A DNA stretch of 64,000 nucleotides from Anthoceros angustus (GCA_010909165.1 MU008162.1:248001-312000); one strand, 5' to 3'; numbered from the stretch's first letter, positions 35,279 through 49,300 are shown. A program made the numbers and translations. The notes: generated by a model from the sequence alone, not told the origin.

Positions 35279-35809
35279 ATGACTCTTTCGAACATTTCAA
35301 ACATTTGGTTACTTATTATAATACTCGGTGTAGTATTTCATCTTATATTACTTGATCTGATATTAATATGGTTGTGGCAACAACAAAATTCTTTTTCCGC
35401 AAGAAATCGAGAGTTTAATAGACATATCGTTAACAAGGAGAAGCTTCGCGCACGGCAGAATACATCAGACTCAAACATCAGGAACAAGAGCAGTTGTTCT
35501 AGGGCAATAGAGACCCCAAGGCATAGGGTGCAAGAACACAACTCACCATTAACAAGAAAAAAGCTAACTCCCGAAGAACGAAAAAGTTTAATTCATGAAA
35601 CAGCTATTATAGTTCCAAAACTTTTAGGAGGAGTACGATGTCTAATATGCGCTGGACAGTTTAAAAGGGGAGATGAATTTTCTTTCATTAACTCCCGACA
35701 TTGGTTCCACAGTGTATGCTTAGTTACATGGACATTTGAGAGTTGCCCTGTGTGTGGCTTTATGATTTGTTCTACAACCTGTATCTTCTGTGGCTCTATG
35801 TTTGGATGA
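35279..35809 (+). CDS. ATL-like single-TM RING-H2 protein (third ligand Cys>Ser), intronless, AT-rich
   Basis: TM segment IWLLIIILGVVFHLILLDLILIWLW; RING CLIC-x14-S-R-H-W-F-H-S-V-C-x8-CPVC. May be non-functional. Confidence 0.6.
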   Translation: MTLSNISNIWLLIIILGVVFHLILLDLILIWLWQQQNSFSARNREFNRHIVNKEKLRARQNTSDSNIRNKSSCSRAIETPRHRVQEHNSPLTRKKLTPEERKSLIHETAIIVPKLLGGVRCLICAGQFKRGDEFSFINSRHWFHSVCLVTWTFESCPVCGFMICSTTCIFCGSMFG

Positions 35810-37099
35810 GTTAATTATTAGATATGATATCATATGATGGAAACTCTATGGGGTCTCACTCGGAGCTCCATTGATCCCCTAGCTATATTACATATAGACA
35901 ATTGTTTTAGTAATATTTAGCTCGATTCAACCATACATTACATGTTCAATTTGGGATTATGAATGAACTATTAGTGATCAATGGCCTAAGCTAAGATCAA
36001 ACTAGTAGTTTGTAAGCTGTGATCTGCCTTGTTTTTCTCGGTGCCTAGTCTGGTGGCTGCTGGCCACCATGAATGCTCTTGTCGACCCTGTTGGGGCTTT
36101 TGACGTTGTCTTATTTGTCCTTGTAATCATAGCCCCTATTTATCGAGAAAAATTAAGCTGTGATGTGCCAATATGTTATGTTCATTGTATCTAGAAGCCT
36201 ATGCAAGGTGTTATATGAGAATATGTTTTGTTGATTTGAGTTGCCCATCAATAGGATCCTTTGCACACGTCCCGCATTGTCCCTCCCTCTTCCCGTATAT
36301 GGTGAATCGTTAGACCTGTGTCCATCGTCCCTAAGTAATCAGATGCGACCTGGATACCGGGGTCTAGAGGCAGTTTTATTGTCCCTAGGGTTGATATGAA
36401 GGCCCAAGTCTTGGACTATGCCAGGCAAATGTCTAGACTTGCCCTTAGTGATACGGCAAAAAGATTCCTCAAAACTTTGTTCATGCACTGTGCGCACTGT
36501 AGGAGAGGTGAAGCCTTTTCTCTCATGCCTGGTAGCCGGCTTAACCTATGTGCACCTAGCATTCTAGTTTGGTCTTTCGGTCTCACTTATCTTACCTAGT
36601 CTCATCCGGTCGTGTCAAAAGAGTGTTTACACGTTCAGAACTTGTCATGGATGAATTGAAAACATTTTTGCGGCAACCGGTTAGCGCAAAGATAAATAGG
36701 ATCGAAGCTATCATTCGGTGAGAACCTTAGATGGTTAGATTTGACCTTAAATGTTTTACTTGATATATAGATGAGAATAACTAGATTTTTAATATTTAAA
36801 ATAAAATGAATATATATATTTAATTCTAAATAGATAAATATTATGCCTATTGGATCCAGGCTTTCTCCCATCGCATGTTGTCCTTGACCAGCTTCTCGTT
36901 CTTGTTGTTCGTTGAGTAGGAGGTGACTATACATAGAGAGCTTAGCTAGTCGCTCCAACAGGACCTGCAATTCTCACCTCTCACTCCAACCACATAACTA
37001 CACCATTTCTTTATCAACATCTTTTACTTGTCTACACACACCATGCAGTCATTCCACTCCTTTGTCTCTAGCATAGCCCCTCTCACTTAGTCTTACCCA

Positions 37100-39500
37100 A
37101 TCACTCCAACATATTTTCTACTATCGTACGAGGTAAGTACTTGCATTCGTATGAGCACGTCCTTGACAGACAACCAAGCAAACAAATCAAATATGCAAAT
37201 ATAGGTGCAAACCAATAACAATAGGAGAGAGTAGCTCATATGTCGTGGCACAAACACACTCTCCCCATGAGAACAACGCGCAAATTCCTCACACATATCA
37301 TCGCTCTCGGAGTCAAAGCTTAGGCCTCCTCACAAAACTCTTGCATTGTATATCTAGAGCGTCTCCTCACAACACTCTTGCATTGCATATCTAGAGGGCC
37401 TCCTCGCAACACTCTTGCATTGCATATCTAGAGGGCCTCCTCACAACACTCTTGCATTATATATCTAGAGGACAAGCTATGATAATTATGAGCTTGTACT
37501 TTGAAAGGGTCTATATATACTAGCCCTTGGCATCGGCATATTCCTAAGATATCCTTTTGGCATCAGCATATGCCAGAAATATCCTAAGAATACACTAGAA
37601 TATGCAAGGAATATGGTAAAGTATATTACTTGTGCTTATCCACTTAGCTATTGCTAACCATATTTAATTAACACTAATCGACGCTTAATTAGCATAAGTA
37701 CTTTATATTAATCAACACTAATTACTTACTTAAAGATAAGTAATTAGATTAAATAATGCTAATCAAACACTAAACCCAAGTGCTGAGATTAGTGTCACAC
37801 GGCATGACAGCTATCGCACGAGGTAAGTACCTGCATTCATATGAGCACATCCTCAATAGATAACCAAGCAAACAAATCAAATATGCAAATATAGGTGCAA
37901 ACCAATCCCCCCCTGATAATGTGAGACTCTAAGTCAAAACATTATCATTAGTAGGACTACACACATATGCACCTCATTTAGCGCATTGTGCACAAAATCA
38001 ATCTTCTTCGAGAATACGATCCAGAGGTTATAACCTTGTCAATGAGTGGAGGGCTGTCTTCAGCATCCTCATGCGCATGACCAACATGTCATCTGTTTAC
38101 TCTCCACCGGTTGCTCGCTGTTTTCTTCTTCCCTTGCTGGGCATGTGCCTCCTACGGAACACTGGTTCATCCAATGTTAGTTCTATGTGGAACTTTCCCT
38201 TGGTGTACTTCTCTATCTTCGCAAGTGTGAAAGCAAACACATGTCGTGATGCCTCCAACAACTCCTTTAGCTGACACCGTTGATTGCTCTTCAACTCAAC
38301 GCTTGTTAACCACTCATGTGTCTGTGGCTCAGATGGCTTGCACGCTTCCTCTACATGCTCACTCTCCTTGCCCTCCAAACTCGCCTTCTCCTGTTGAGAT
38401 ACGAGTGCTGGAATGTCCTTCATGAAGATGTCGCTCGGATGGCTTGCACGCTTCCTCTATGTACTCATTCTCCTTGCCCTCCAGACTCACATTTTCTTCT
38501 TAAGATGCGAGTGTTGGAATGTCCTTTGCCCATCGAACCTACTGCTTCAACCCCGCCTTCTTTTGATTTCGAAGTTGGTAACCGACTCCAGCGCTGAACA
38601 ACCAGGTCATCATGTTCATGTCAAATGCTTGCCCAAGCAATCGATACCGTTCCTTCTCGATCACTCTCGATGTCTTCGTGGCTCATGATCAAGCCGCTTG
38701 GTGAACGACCTTGCAGACTTCAGATGTTCCAAGGGAGCAAGGTTAGTCCGCATGGACTTCAACCTATGAGCCCTCGAACCAAATTGAGCTGCATCCAATA
38801 GTAGCTCCTGATCCAACATTCCTCAGATCTTGCCAAAGTCCTCATGGTCTTGTTTTTCACGCTCATGCATGCTGGCACATTCTCCAACATGTATCCACAA
38901 GGCCTTTCTTGCCCTTTCTAGATCAAGCGCAAGGTCCTCATCAGGTGATAGTCTTTTACACTCCCAACCTGCGATGACGAGGTCCACTAGTTGCCCAAGA
39001 CAGCTCAAATGGGACAACCCTATCATACGAACATCCATCGGTAGCGTCTTCTAGTAACCCTTCACTGACTCCCATTTCAGGAGGTTAGGGTACTCCCCCA
39101 TCTATTCCCTTACGTGCTTTTGTGATGCAATCCTTGCTTTCGGATCCGGGTCACAATGCACGTATCTTCATACTTTGATGCCATATTTTAGTACTGCTTC
39201 CAAGCCGGTGCTGATGCTTCTAAAGAGTTCCACTAGCACTGTGCCGTCTTCCCGAGGTTGCCATGTGATCACCTGAGTGTTTAGGTCACAAACAAGCTCA
39301 ACCCTAGGCAAGAACTTACAGCGATTCTCCGGCTCATAGGACACTGGTCCTCTTGCACCATCCTCCACCACTTTTGCACGGCTCATTGCTGCAATCATCA
39401 GCTCCGTCCGGCTGACTTGAAAAACCTCCTCTCAGGGTGGTTGCAACCCTAGCTTGTCGTCATCCTCTTCGTCATTCTAACTTGGTCTTCCAATCTTACT
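37100..39500 (-). mobile_element. Ty3/Gypsy LTR retrotransposon remnant (gag-like region, pre-RT linker, PPT, LTR-like duplicated blocks)
   Basis: QLKELLEASRHVFAFTL..GKFHIELTLDEPVFRRRH (38097-38290); polypurine run at 37908-37916; duplicated ~105-bp block at 37120/37812; 4 x 37-bp tandem at 37322-37470. Confidence 0.65.
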
Positions 39501-39934
39501 AAGATAAATAGGATCGAAGCTATCATTCTGTGAGAACCTTAGATGATAAGATTTGACCTTAGATGTTTTACTTTATATATAGATTAGCACATGTTTGTTT
39601 CTTCTTGACTGGGTTTCCAAATCTGGTTATTGGGCTAGGTTAGTGTCATTTGGGTTAGGGTAATCTTTCGAGGCCTGAGAAGCTTGGGTCCTCTCGCCTT
39701 CCTATCTCACCTAGAAGTCCCTACTAGAATTCTTTGTGATGTTACACTGTTTGTTAAGATTTGGACCCTCATGTTCTGCTGCAATTTTGGATCCCGTCGC
39801 AATAATCAAGATGGCATCGAACGCGGGGACGTAAAACCTCACTCATTGGTTGCTTGTTCGAGCAAAGGACCACTTTCTCCAGAGTCGAAATTCCCCGAGA
39901 ATTTCGTCTTCATAGAAGTTCCCCGAGAGTGCCT

Positions 39935-40597
39935 TCATTCTGTGTACCTTCATTCTGCTGCCGACCCTCCCATCTTCCACCGAGATGTCAAGTCTTCAAA
40001 TATACTCCTCTACCATAACCTGAATGCGAAGGTGGCAGATTTTGGCATCCCCAAGCTGGCTCCTACCATGGCAGACACTCATATTTCCACAGGAGCAATA
40101 TTATCCAATGCACCATGGGCGACATTGACCCGGAATATTATGCCAGCTTCCAGCTGACTCCCAGGAGCGATGTCCACAGCTTTGGCGTTTTGCTACTAGA
40201 GCTCATCTTTGGGAGGGGATACGATGCTAGCTTGGCGAACCTTGCACTTTCTGCTAGGGACAGGGGGGAGTGGGCAGAACTGATCGACCCGTTGTTGGTG
40301 GACGCATATACTTCAGCCAATGGGAAGGCATCGATAGACAGTGTGGGCGCTTTGGCTGTCGGGTGCTTGGCCTCCAGATCCCTAGAGCGTCCTGAAATGA
40401 GGGAGGTCTGGAAGGAGATGCAAACCGCCTGGCTTCTATTGGACTCGGACCCCTCCTTCCAGTCGGATTCTGTCAGCCACTATCTGCAGCCACAGAATAG
40501 TTACCGTGATGACTTCATGTCCCAGCAAAGTCCCCACACGTCTCTGTGCTGTAGCCCCAGCACAAGCGGCCCTGAAATTGAGATGAAACATCTCTGA
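39935..40597 (+). pseudogene. WAK-like receptor kinase fragment (C-lobe only, frameshifted)
   Basis: [29 protein letters not shown], then after a frameshift [33 protein letters not shown]. The N-lobe is absent. Confidence 0.85.
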
Positions 40598-41317
40598 TTT
40601 CAACAATGTCATGTAGGTTCCAGAAGTAAGCTACATGTGGACGTAGACGCATGATGGACTGATTTGTTGTTGATGAATTTACTACAGCCAGCATCCTGCC
40701 AATAAGCTGCTGCCCACACCTTGTTTTTCGCTCATTCTAGGGGTTAGACTGCACCACAAGCTGCTCCACATCTTTCTCTTGGTATTTCAGGTCCCGACCC
40801 AGGCTTCTTGCCCTACCTCCTGCTGACAAAATCCTGCGGTCATAGTATCCATCTCGCAAAATGTTACATGAATCTCACAAACAGGGGTTGCCTGTGCACA
40901 TGCTGCGGACGAGCTCTTGCTACATATGCTACCATGGCTGGCGAAATTAAGCTTTGTAAGGGGCAACCAACAAAGCATGAAACGTAACTATCACGCACAC
41001 TCACAGGTGAATAAGCACATCTGGTGGGCAGTATCGATCGAAAAAGACACAAAGCGCGCCCCGCAGAGCCTTCGTTCATGTCTAAGTAATACCCTCTGAC
41101 TGTGAGGTTTCTGACTTCTGCTGCTTGACGCAGCTCTGCTGTCTTCGAAGTAACGATAAGCAAAGCGAGCTCATCGTTGTTGCTGTGCTTTGCTTATGCC
41201 TTGCGAGAACTCCTGTCTCCGGAGCCAAAAAATGTTTTCCTAAAGGACTAACTTGGTTTTGACCTCAGCTTTTTCCTGAACGTTTGCAGCCCACATGCAG
41301 AGAATCTGCACACGGGT

Positions 41318-44300
41318 TCAGGACTCCCTGTTGGTCACAATGTTGAGCTGGTGCATGGCATCCAGGAGAGTGTCCATGTTTAAGGGCTTGTTTATGTATG
41401 CGTCCATCCCTGCGTCCATGCACTTCTGTTGGTCGCTTTCCATACCTCCGTGTGCTGTGAGTGCAATGATGGGGAGGTGGCCGCTGCCTTCGATCTCCCT
41501 TATCCTCACGGTGGCTGTGTAGCCGTCCATGACAGGCATCTGTTACCAAGAATGAATTAAAAGGTTAGGCACATCACAACACGCCATCCTGCCTCCGTCA
41601 TCACTACAATATATTCTTTTCGTCCCAAGGCCTTCCCAGGTGCAGGGACAAGCTTACCTGACAATCCATGAGGACAAGGTCGAAGACGTTTTGGGAGCAG
41701 CTGGGCTCACCGGGTACCTTAGCTGAAGGACTAGCAACAAGCTCAGCCACCATCTCCACAGCCTCTTTACCATTACCAGCCACCTTGACCAGGGCACCCT
41801 CCTTCCTCAGCAACTGACTGGCGATTCTCTGCATGACCACAGTATCCTCCACCAGAAGAATTCTGACCCCGGCCAATCTGCCTCCCGTCTCCTCAGCGAC
41901 AAAAGGCTTGGGAGCAGCTGCTTCTCTGGGAGCCCGCTTCGCAGGTAATATAGGACCCACTTCAATCCCTTCCGCCTCCACGATCTCCAGCTGCACATGG
42001 TCCAGGGGACCTGCAGCACTCTGTACCGTCCACCCTCCATTTCCATTTCTCCTCTCCTCACTATCTCTAACTGGGCTATCTTTGCTACAAGGAACTGCAG
42101 GGATGTCGGTGCTTTGTCTACCTCTATCAGGGCTGCTTTTGCCGGACTGGATCTGAGGAGGTACTGTCTCTATGGGCTCCTTCTTGCCTTCCGGACCTTG
42201 CCCTTGCCCTTGCCCACTGCTGGTGCTAGTGCTGGAATTGTTCAACCTGGAAGGAGAAGGAGGCCGCAATAAAAAGCTCCTTCGCTTTTCTCCAGCCACA
42301 TCCTTCCGGTACCTGCTGTTGATCTCCTCAGCCAGAGCTGCCAGACGAGAACCGTGAACCGGTTTCGAGAGGGTGGAGTCGGAGCGGGTACGAAGACTCT
42401 GCCATGCTGCCGAGGCAGCGTACCCAGCATCAGGGGAGACAATCCACACAAGGTGGAGGAAGTAGCCGTGGGTGCTGCTGGACCGCCTGTAGTTCTCCAA
42501 CTCTGCGCGGAACTTGCCGGGCTGGAACTCCTTGCCCTGCGGAATGAGAGCCACGTCGATAAGAGCAATCACCACAGGGAAGACGTCCTGTACATTTCCC
42601 TTGGATGCCTCCGGCAAGCTGCTGCAGCTGGAAATTCTGGGAGGGGAGTATCTGGAAGGAGAAGTCTGGCGGTAGGAGACCCGAGGAGAGACGTGGTGGG
42701 GGTAAGATTGGGGTGACGACTGCGGGGAGCCGTGATGCAGGATGTTGGATATGATACAGCGGAAGGTGGTAGGGATGTCATTCCACTCCGGTACGTCCCA
42801 TACGACTGCTCCTCTCTTCTCCATCCAAGTGTACACCAGCTGCTTGCCAGCCTTGCCCTGCATGGCCAGCAGTACCTGTACATCTCCCTCCTCCCTCCTT
42901 GCTGAGAGAGACAGCCGGCTGTCCTCCTTGATCAGATGTTGAGCCAAGGTGAGGGGACGGATGCTCAGACTTTTCCTGAAATTGTCAGCAGAGCTCTCCC
43001 TGCCCTTGCCCGAAATGAAGAAGCGCCGGGTAGACCGTGGTGGCACTTCCTTGGCAGCCTTCTGGAAGGTGAGGTCGAATTTGATGAGTGTGCCCGGCTC
43101 CTGTTTGTTGGCAACCCAAATGTGCCCACCCATAATATGTACCTGAAAGGGGCACAAAATTAGACGGCTTGCCTTCCAGGAGATGCGAAGAGAATTCCAA
43201 GACAACAAACAGACAAGACGCCTGTGATTGAAGATGGGGCCATTCTGTCTTCACTCTGGCCCACCCAGGAATCAAATCAAACGGGCCCTAGCAGAACAGT
43301 AGTGTAGGCAGAGAAAGAGATATGGAGATAGAGATGGTGAATGAGAGTGCACCAGTGATCGGACGACGGCGAGGCCAAGCCCTGTACCACCATGTACACG
43401 ATGGACCCTGGAACTTGCTTGCACAAAATTGTGGAATACAGCTTCCCTTCTGGCAGGAGGTATACCAATCCCCGTGTCATCAACTTCGAACTCGTACTCC
43501 ACGCTGTCCTGGGCCACTGTTGCTCCGTTTCTGACATTACCTGACGTGGGTTCGTGCCACCTGAAGACTCCACACTGAGCCATTCTCCTGAGCCAGCCCT
43601 GGGGCCGGCGGGGCATCCTATCGTCCACGGAAGGAGCATGCACCGGCTTAGGCCAGGCACGCACAACCACCTGCCCGCCTTCTCCAGTGAACTTCACAGC
43701 GTTGCTCAGGAGGTTGCTCAGGACCTGCTTGACATGCCGGGAATCCCCATTTACCCATTTACAGTTGTCTATACTGTCGTCAGGAAGGTCCAGGACAACC
43801 TCCACATCCTTCTTCAGGCCAACAACAGCGAATGTGTCCACCACCTCCTCTAGAGTGCTGACCAAGTCGAAATCAGTTGGGTTGAACTCCAACTTGCCTC
43901 CTTCGATATTGCTCAGATCTAGGATGGAGTTCATGATACCTGTTTGCAGAAGAAACACACACACGATACGGAGTTAGGAGAGACAGAAGCTGGATGCTTA
44001 CAAAACTTGAACACAGTCAAACGGCGACGAAGATTTCTTGCCTAGAAGACTGTTTGCACAGGACTTCATTTGGACCATGCTAGCTTCCAGCTCCGAAGCG
44101 ATGGATGCCTTGTCCGAGAGTATCATGTCTATCAACCCGATGATGGCGGCCAACGGAGTTCGCAGATCATGACTCATGTTGGCAAAAAACTGATGCTTGT
44201 GATGGGTTCGCTTCTCCACCGACTTGACAGCCTTCACTTGAGCTATGTATGACTGCTCTCTTTGCATGGCTCCACTCACCCCCTTGGTCAGCAACAGGAC

Positions 44301-46312
44301 CAGAAAACAACCCACCAGCACAAGGCCAAGGGCTACACACGCGAATATTAGCAGGAGTCGATGGCCACCATAACCCAGCATGCTCTTTCGAGGGATCACA
44401 ACCACAGCAACCTGCACACAGTCGAACGCAGCTTTCAGCACCAGTTTCAAGACATAACACACAGAAGACAAAAATAAAACCCAAGAGTGAAGATACTTGC
44501 CAGGCATTTGCAGGAGGTGTCCAGAGGCACGCTCTCTATCCTATACCGGCCTCCATTAATCTTGGCATTCTCCGCCACGTAATGCTCAACAGCCAGGCTA
44601 CTCATATTCCCCAGCCTTACATCCAGATACTGCGCTGCAGCAGCCACCACAGGGTTGTTGGAGTACTCCGCTTTGAGCTGCTGCTGAGGAGCCACGGGTG
44701 GAGGGTTGGGAAGTCCGGATTGCACCACCAGATGGCCCTGCTCGTCGGTAACAAAGAAGTCTCCGTTGTGCAGATCCTGCTTGCCCAGCCAATAGGCTAC
44801 GCTGGACAGAGACGTGGAAGCGAGCATTACTCCAGCTGGTGTCAGGGAACCTGGAAGCACAAGGGCTTGCATGGACAGGAGAAGCACGTCCCCGTCTGCT
44901 GTCATGGAGCTGGTCCAGAAGACACGACCCGAGTCATTCAAAGCCTCCTGCACCAGAGAAGGATTCGGAAGAAACAGGAAGCAGTCCAGAGAAGAGGACG
45001 ACGTCCCATTGGTGGCCCGCCCAGTGCTCTGATCCACCGGCTGGAAGTACCAGTCGTAGGAAGGAGGGGTGATGCAGAGAGGTGATGTGGCAGTGTAAGA
45101 GGACTGCACGCTCGAAGGGCCAGCAAAGAGAAGAGACGTGTTCCTGGTGCTACTATAGGCAAAAAACTCTCCGGTTGCAGCCAGATAGCCCAGAAGTCCA
45201 GTGTCAGGCCTGGTAGCGTACGCGATCCAGAGATAGGGAGCAACCTGCAGATGACAGACACACATCCTCTTCAGTCTTGCAAAACAGCAGAAACATGATA
45301 ATTCCGTCTTAAAAAGTGCCGAGGACTGGAGAGCCCCGTAACCTGTTGCAGCAGCTGCTGGTAGTCAGAGATCGAGGAGGACGTTAGAAGTGATGAAGCA
45401 AGAAAGCGTGCCAAAGCCTGAGCCGAGGCTGCGTTGGTCTCCAAGCCGCGCTGGAAGCTGTCCTGCGCTGCCTGCAGAATCCCGCCCTGCGCAGTCAGGG
45501 ACGCGGAGGTGACAGACCTCCGCAGCTCGTATAAGGATGCGTGGTAGGCCGAGACGGCGAACACCACGACCACCAAGGTCACCATAATCTGCACCACCCA
45601 CGAACATACACACACCCACCATGAGCTCCACCGCAGATCAAGCAGGAAGCAGGAAGGAGAAGGCTGGAGCCTGGCCGACCATGAGTGCGACTCTGGAGCA
45701 GAACATGGGCGAGTGCGCAATCCTCCACGCTGCTGATCCGGACGCCGCCGGCGCACACGCATCCACGAAATTGGTGAAGCAGTCCTGATGGGCTCCTCCT
45801 CCTCCTCCACCTCCTACTCCTCCTCCTCTGCTGTCCTCAATTGTTCCCAGCCCGCACATCCTGAACCCGTCTCCCGCACCCCCGCATTTGGCCCGCCCGG
45901 ATCCCATACTGGCAGCCAAGGTGGGCAATCCCGCAACCCCCTGCTGCTGCTGCTGTGGTTGCTGCTGGAGATGCAGCTGCGAAGGCGGCTGCCGGGAGGA
46001 CCCCCCTCCGCGGTCCAGGGCGAGGGCGGTGTTGGTGGTGGAAGTCCTGGGGCTGTCGTGCGTGACATCGCTGGTGTAATCGCTATCGTCCACAGCCGCC
46101 CCGGAGCTGGAAGACAGCACTCCCAGCGGATCCCCCCGCATCCCCTGGATGGTGTAGTGCACGCAGCTGGAGCCCAGGTTCATGCAGAAGCTCCCCCAAT
46201 ACAGCCGCTCGTCCCTGTGCCCGCCCCACCTCTCCCTCTGCTCCTGCCCTGGTCCCTGCCCCTGCTCCTGCCCTGGTCCCTGCCCCTGCCCATCCCCCTG
46301 CTGATGCGCCAT
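41318..46312 (-). CDS. CKI1: CKI1-like hybrid histidine kinase (TM, extracellular sensor, TM, HisKA, HATPase, receiver)
   Basis: VAPYLWIAYAT..FFAYSSTRNTS and WYFQPVDQSTGR resemble the CKI1 sensor. ANMSHDLRTPL, QVLSNLLSNAVKFT, EVDDTGIGI, HGGTGLGL, LVLMDCQ|MPVMDGY and KP are kinase/receiver motifs. CKI1 rather than AHK1 is judged from the sensor motifs only. Confidence 0.85.
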
Positions 46313-49300
46313 GGACTCCGCAATGCGCCTCATCCTCTCCCAATTCCCGCCATCTCAGCTCCCTACCTCCTACCTAAGGCTCCCGTCGCCCATCTCCCTG
46401 GTGGGCTCAACTTCACCTCAACCAGGCCCAAGATTTGCCTCACCTCCAGCCACCGGCAGACCCATAAACAGACAGATCCCCACGACGCTCATCGCGGCGG
46501 GAGCAGCAACTCCTCTTCCCGGAGCTACATGCTGCAAAAATCCCAACCCAAACCTGTTAAATTTTTTTTTCTCTTCTTCCGTTGCCCAAACTTCGCGACT
46601 CGGGGACGGCACGCTTCCACAGAGCTGGAGGGGGCGGATTGCCGGGTCAGGGATGGAGAACCCAATGCCCAGGCCGAGGCCGAGCTACATCTGCGAGGAA
46701 GCAGGCAACCAGGAGCAGCTCAGCGCAATTCCACAGCACTCCATTCCATTCCCTTCCCTTCCCGGGTCAATCCGATCCCGCCGGCGCAATGCGACCAGGC
46801 AGGCGCATTCACGCCGACTCGGGGACGGGGCAGCGGGAAGCACGGGCACCATAAACACACGCAACAAAGCCGCACAATCGCGAAGTTGGGAAACCTGCAA
46901 CGCCAGGCCTCCGGGAGGAGCACAAGCGGCAAAAGCCGCTGCTTGGGCCGCTCATGAAGTGGTGTGCGCTCCTGGCGGGGGGCAGCTCTGGCAGCGGCAG
47001 CCGGAAGCTTCGCGGAAGGAGCGCAGCAGGGCCAGGACGGCGCAAGTACATACATCCAAGCGAGGGAGGCCAGGGAGATGGCAAATTGCGCCACAGGCCC
47101 ACAGGCGGGAACGACAGAGAGCGGGCAGACAGCCGGGGCGTGCGCACGCCTACCGCGACTCACTCGACTCAAAAAACGACTCCCAAACGACTCAAACGAC
47201 TCAAAACCACGCACGCTACGCACTCCCGACCTCGGCCTCGGCCTCGGCTGCGAGCACGCAGCGGGTCAAAAAGTGGGGCGTGGCGCGTGCCGGGGATTTT
47301 GGCAAAGAAGTGGAAGGAAGGGGAAGGGCAAGGACGAGGGCGGGGCCCAGCGCCGGGCCCCGCCGGGTGGGTGGGGCCTAGTAGCGGGCCCCGCCCGTGA
47401 TGGTGGGGCCCGCGGGATGCACGAATGGGACCAGATTGGAGAGGGGCGGGGATTTGCGAGCCTGGGAGCCTGAGAGCCTGGTGGGACTTGTTTGAAATTA
47501 AAAAAACGCCCTGGCCGGGTTGGCTTCGTGGGCCCTGCCATATCCACCGCCACCGCCACCGACACCGCCCACCCGCCTTAACCATGGCCTTAACGGCCGC
47601 GCCCGCGTCGTGTCGTGCTTCCCCTTGCCGGAGCCCGACCTTGTTTCACGACTCTGGGCATTCGGGATTCGCGATTCGGGATTCGCGATTCGCGATTCGC
47701 GAATTCAAGTTTCGCGATCGCCGCCCTCACTTATCACGCCGCGCAACGGTAATTTGTAATTACCCCTACCCGGCCCGGCCCCGGCCCCGGCCCGCGCAAG
47801 CCAACCCAAGCCAAGCGGGTTCAAAGCAAACAAAGCTTGTACCGGATCCGGATCCGGATCCGCCTCCGCCACCGAGGGCCAAGCCTCATTATGCCGCCTT
47901 GTCGTTGCAACGTTGCTGTGATCCAGCCTTTGCGTGGTAGGGATTTTGTGATTTGGTTTGGGGGAATGATTTGTCCTTAACCCAACCGCTCTTTTAACAC
48001 CTGCATTGGCGTTTTGATTAATGTGCAACAAGATTCCAAGTTGCTCTAGCGCAAGTACATTGTGCAGCCATTGCACGGCTACAGTTTATGTACATACACA
48101 TTTAGTGGTGTTGAACTTTCATCACATTTGGTACAAAGCGGAAGGACTCAAAACCAGAATATTGCAGGGTTCTTGTGTCTCAAGGTCTTTCTTGGACAAC
48201 CGCACCAATGACATTTTGCGTGAGATCACCCCTTGTATTGAATTGACTTGGGGTGCCTTAGAAAGGACCCAGGTCGACATGTGTGGATGTTTTCTTGTCG
48301 CATAGTACATAAAATGAAAAAGATGACCCCACACGCCTCTCACGATCACACTCTCAGTACACTTTCTTCTTAGTAAGTTGAGAAAGCCGACCAACCCATG
48401 CGCCTCAAAGTCTCTCTCCTGGGAAACCAGCGTGCGGACGATTCATATGTACTTCGGAAGAAAAGAAAGACGACCACAGCCTATGCACCTCAAGGTCTTT
48501 TTTGAAGTACAAGCCTGCTCCTAGAAAACCACGGGACCAACTCATGCGACCGTTTCTTGTTAGTAAGATGAATAAGCCAAATTCGAATGAAAAGGAAATC
48601 TCGTTTATTGAAAATCTATTTTAGAGTTGAAGGGTGGAAAATGATATTGAGTCAGTGTGTACGTTCAAGCTTGATATACCTTATTCATTAGTAGCCCATG
48701 TTAGCTTGTACACATATGGCTATTATGTATCTTAGCACATTAGCGCAGCCACTTATCTTTCCCGCTGTGCTGATTGCTTTAAATGTTGTGAGCATGTGAT
48801 GATTCTAGTCCTTACAAGTGATAATGGAGAAAATATGAAAGAAATCAATCTTAGTCTACTAGGGGCCGTGTTACTTGATTGTTATGATCGTTGTGAGATG
48901 TGATGTGTTTCTTATCACCAAGAACAATGATGAAAAGAATTGAAAGAAGACATCAAGAGTAAAAATGGGTGCATTACCAAACGTTCTTAGGCCAAAACAG
49001 ATAGTGTTTTATAAATGTCGTACGATGTGATGTGTTTGTTATTGCTATGAACAATGAGGGAAAGAAATTGAAAGAAACCATCAAGGGTAAAATGGATACA
49101 AATATTCTTCAGTAAAAATAGATACCTACAAACAATGGAGACACTTGTCAATGTGGATTACTTACCAATGCATGAAAAGACATGATTGTCCATTTGGAAT
49201 ATAACCAAAAGTTTACATTTCGATGGGAAGTCTAAAAAACTCTGTTCCCCTCATCCATAGCAATGGACTTGTATTTGCTGACATGTCGAGGTTAAGTTGG

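Noticed and set aside
45788-47940. Many 100-390 aa ORFs around the CKI1 5' end
   Set aside because: GC-rich low-complexity leader/promoter DNA and antisense frames; no domain motifs.
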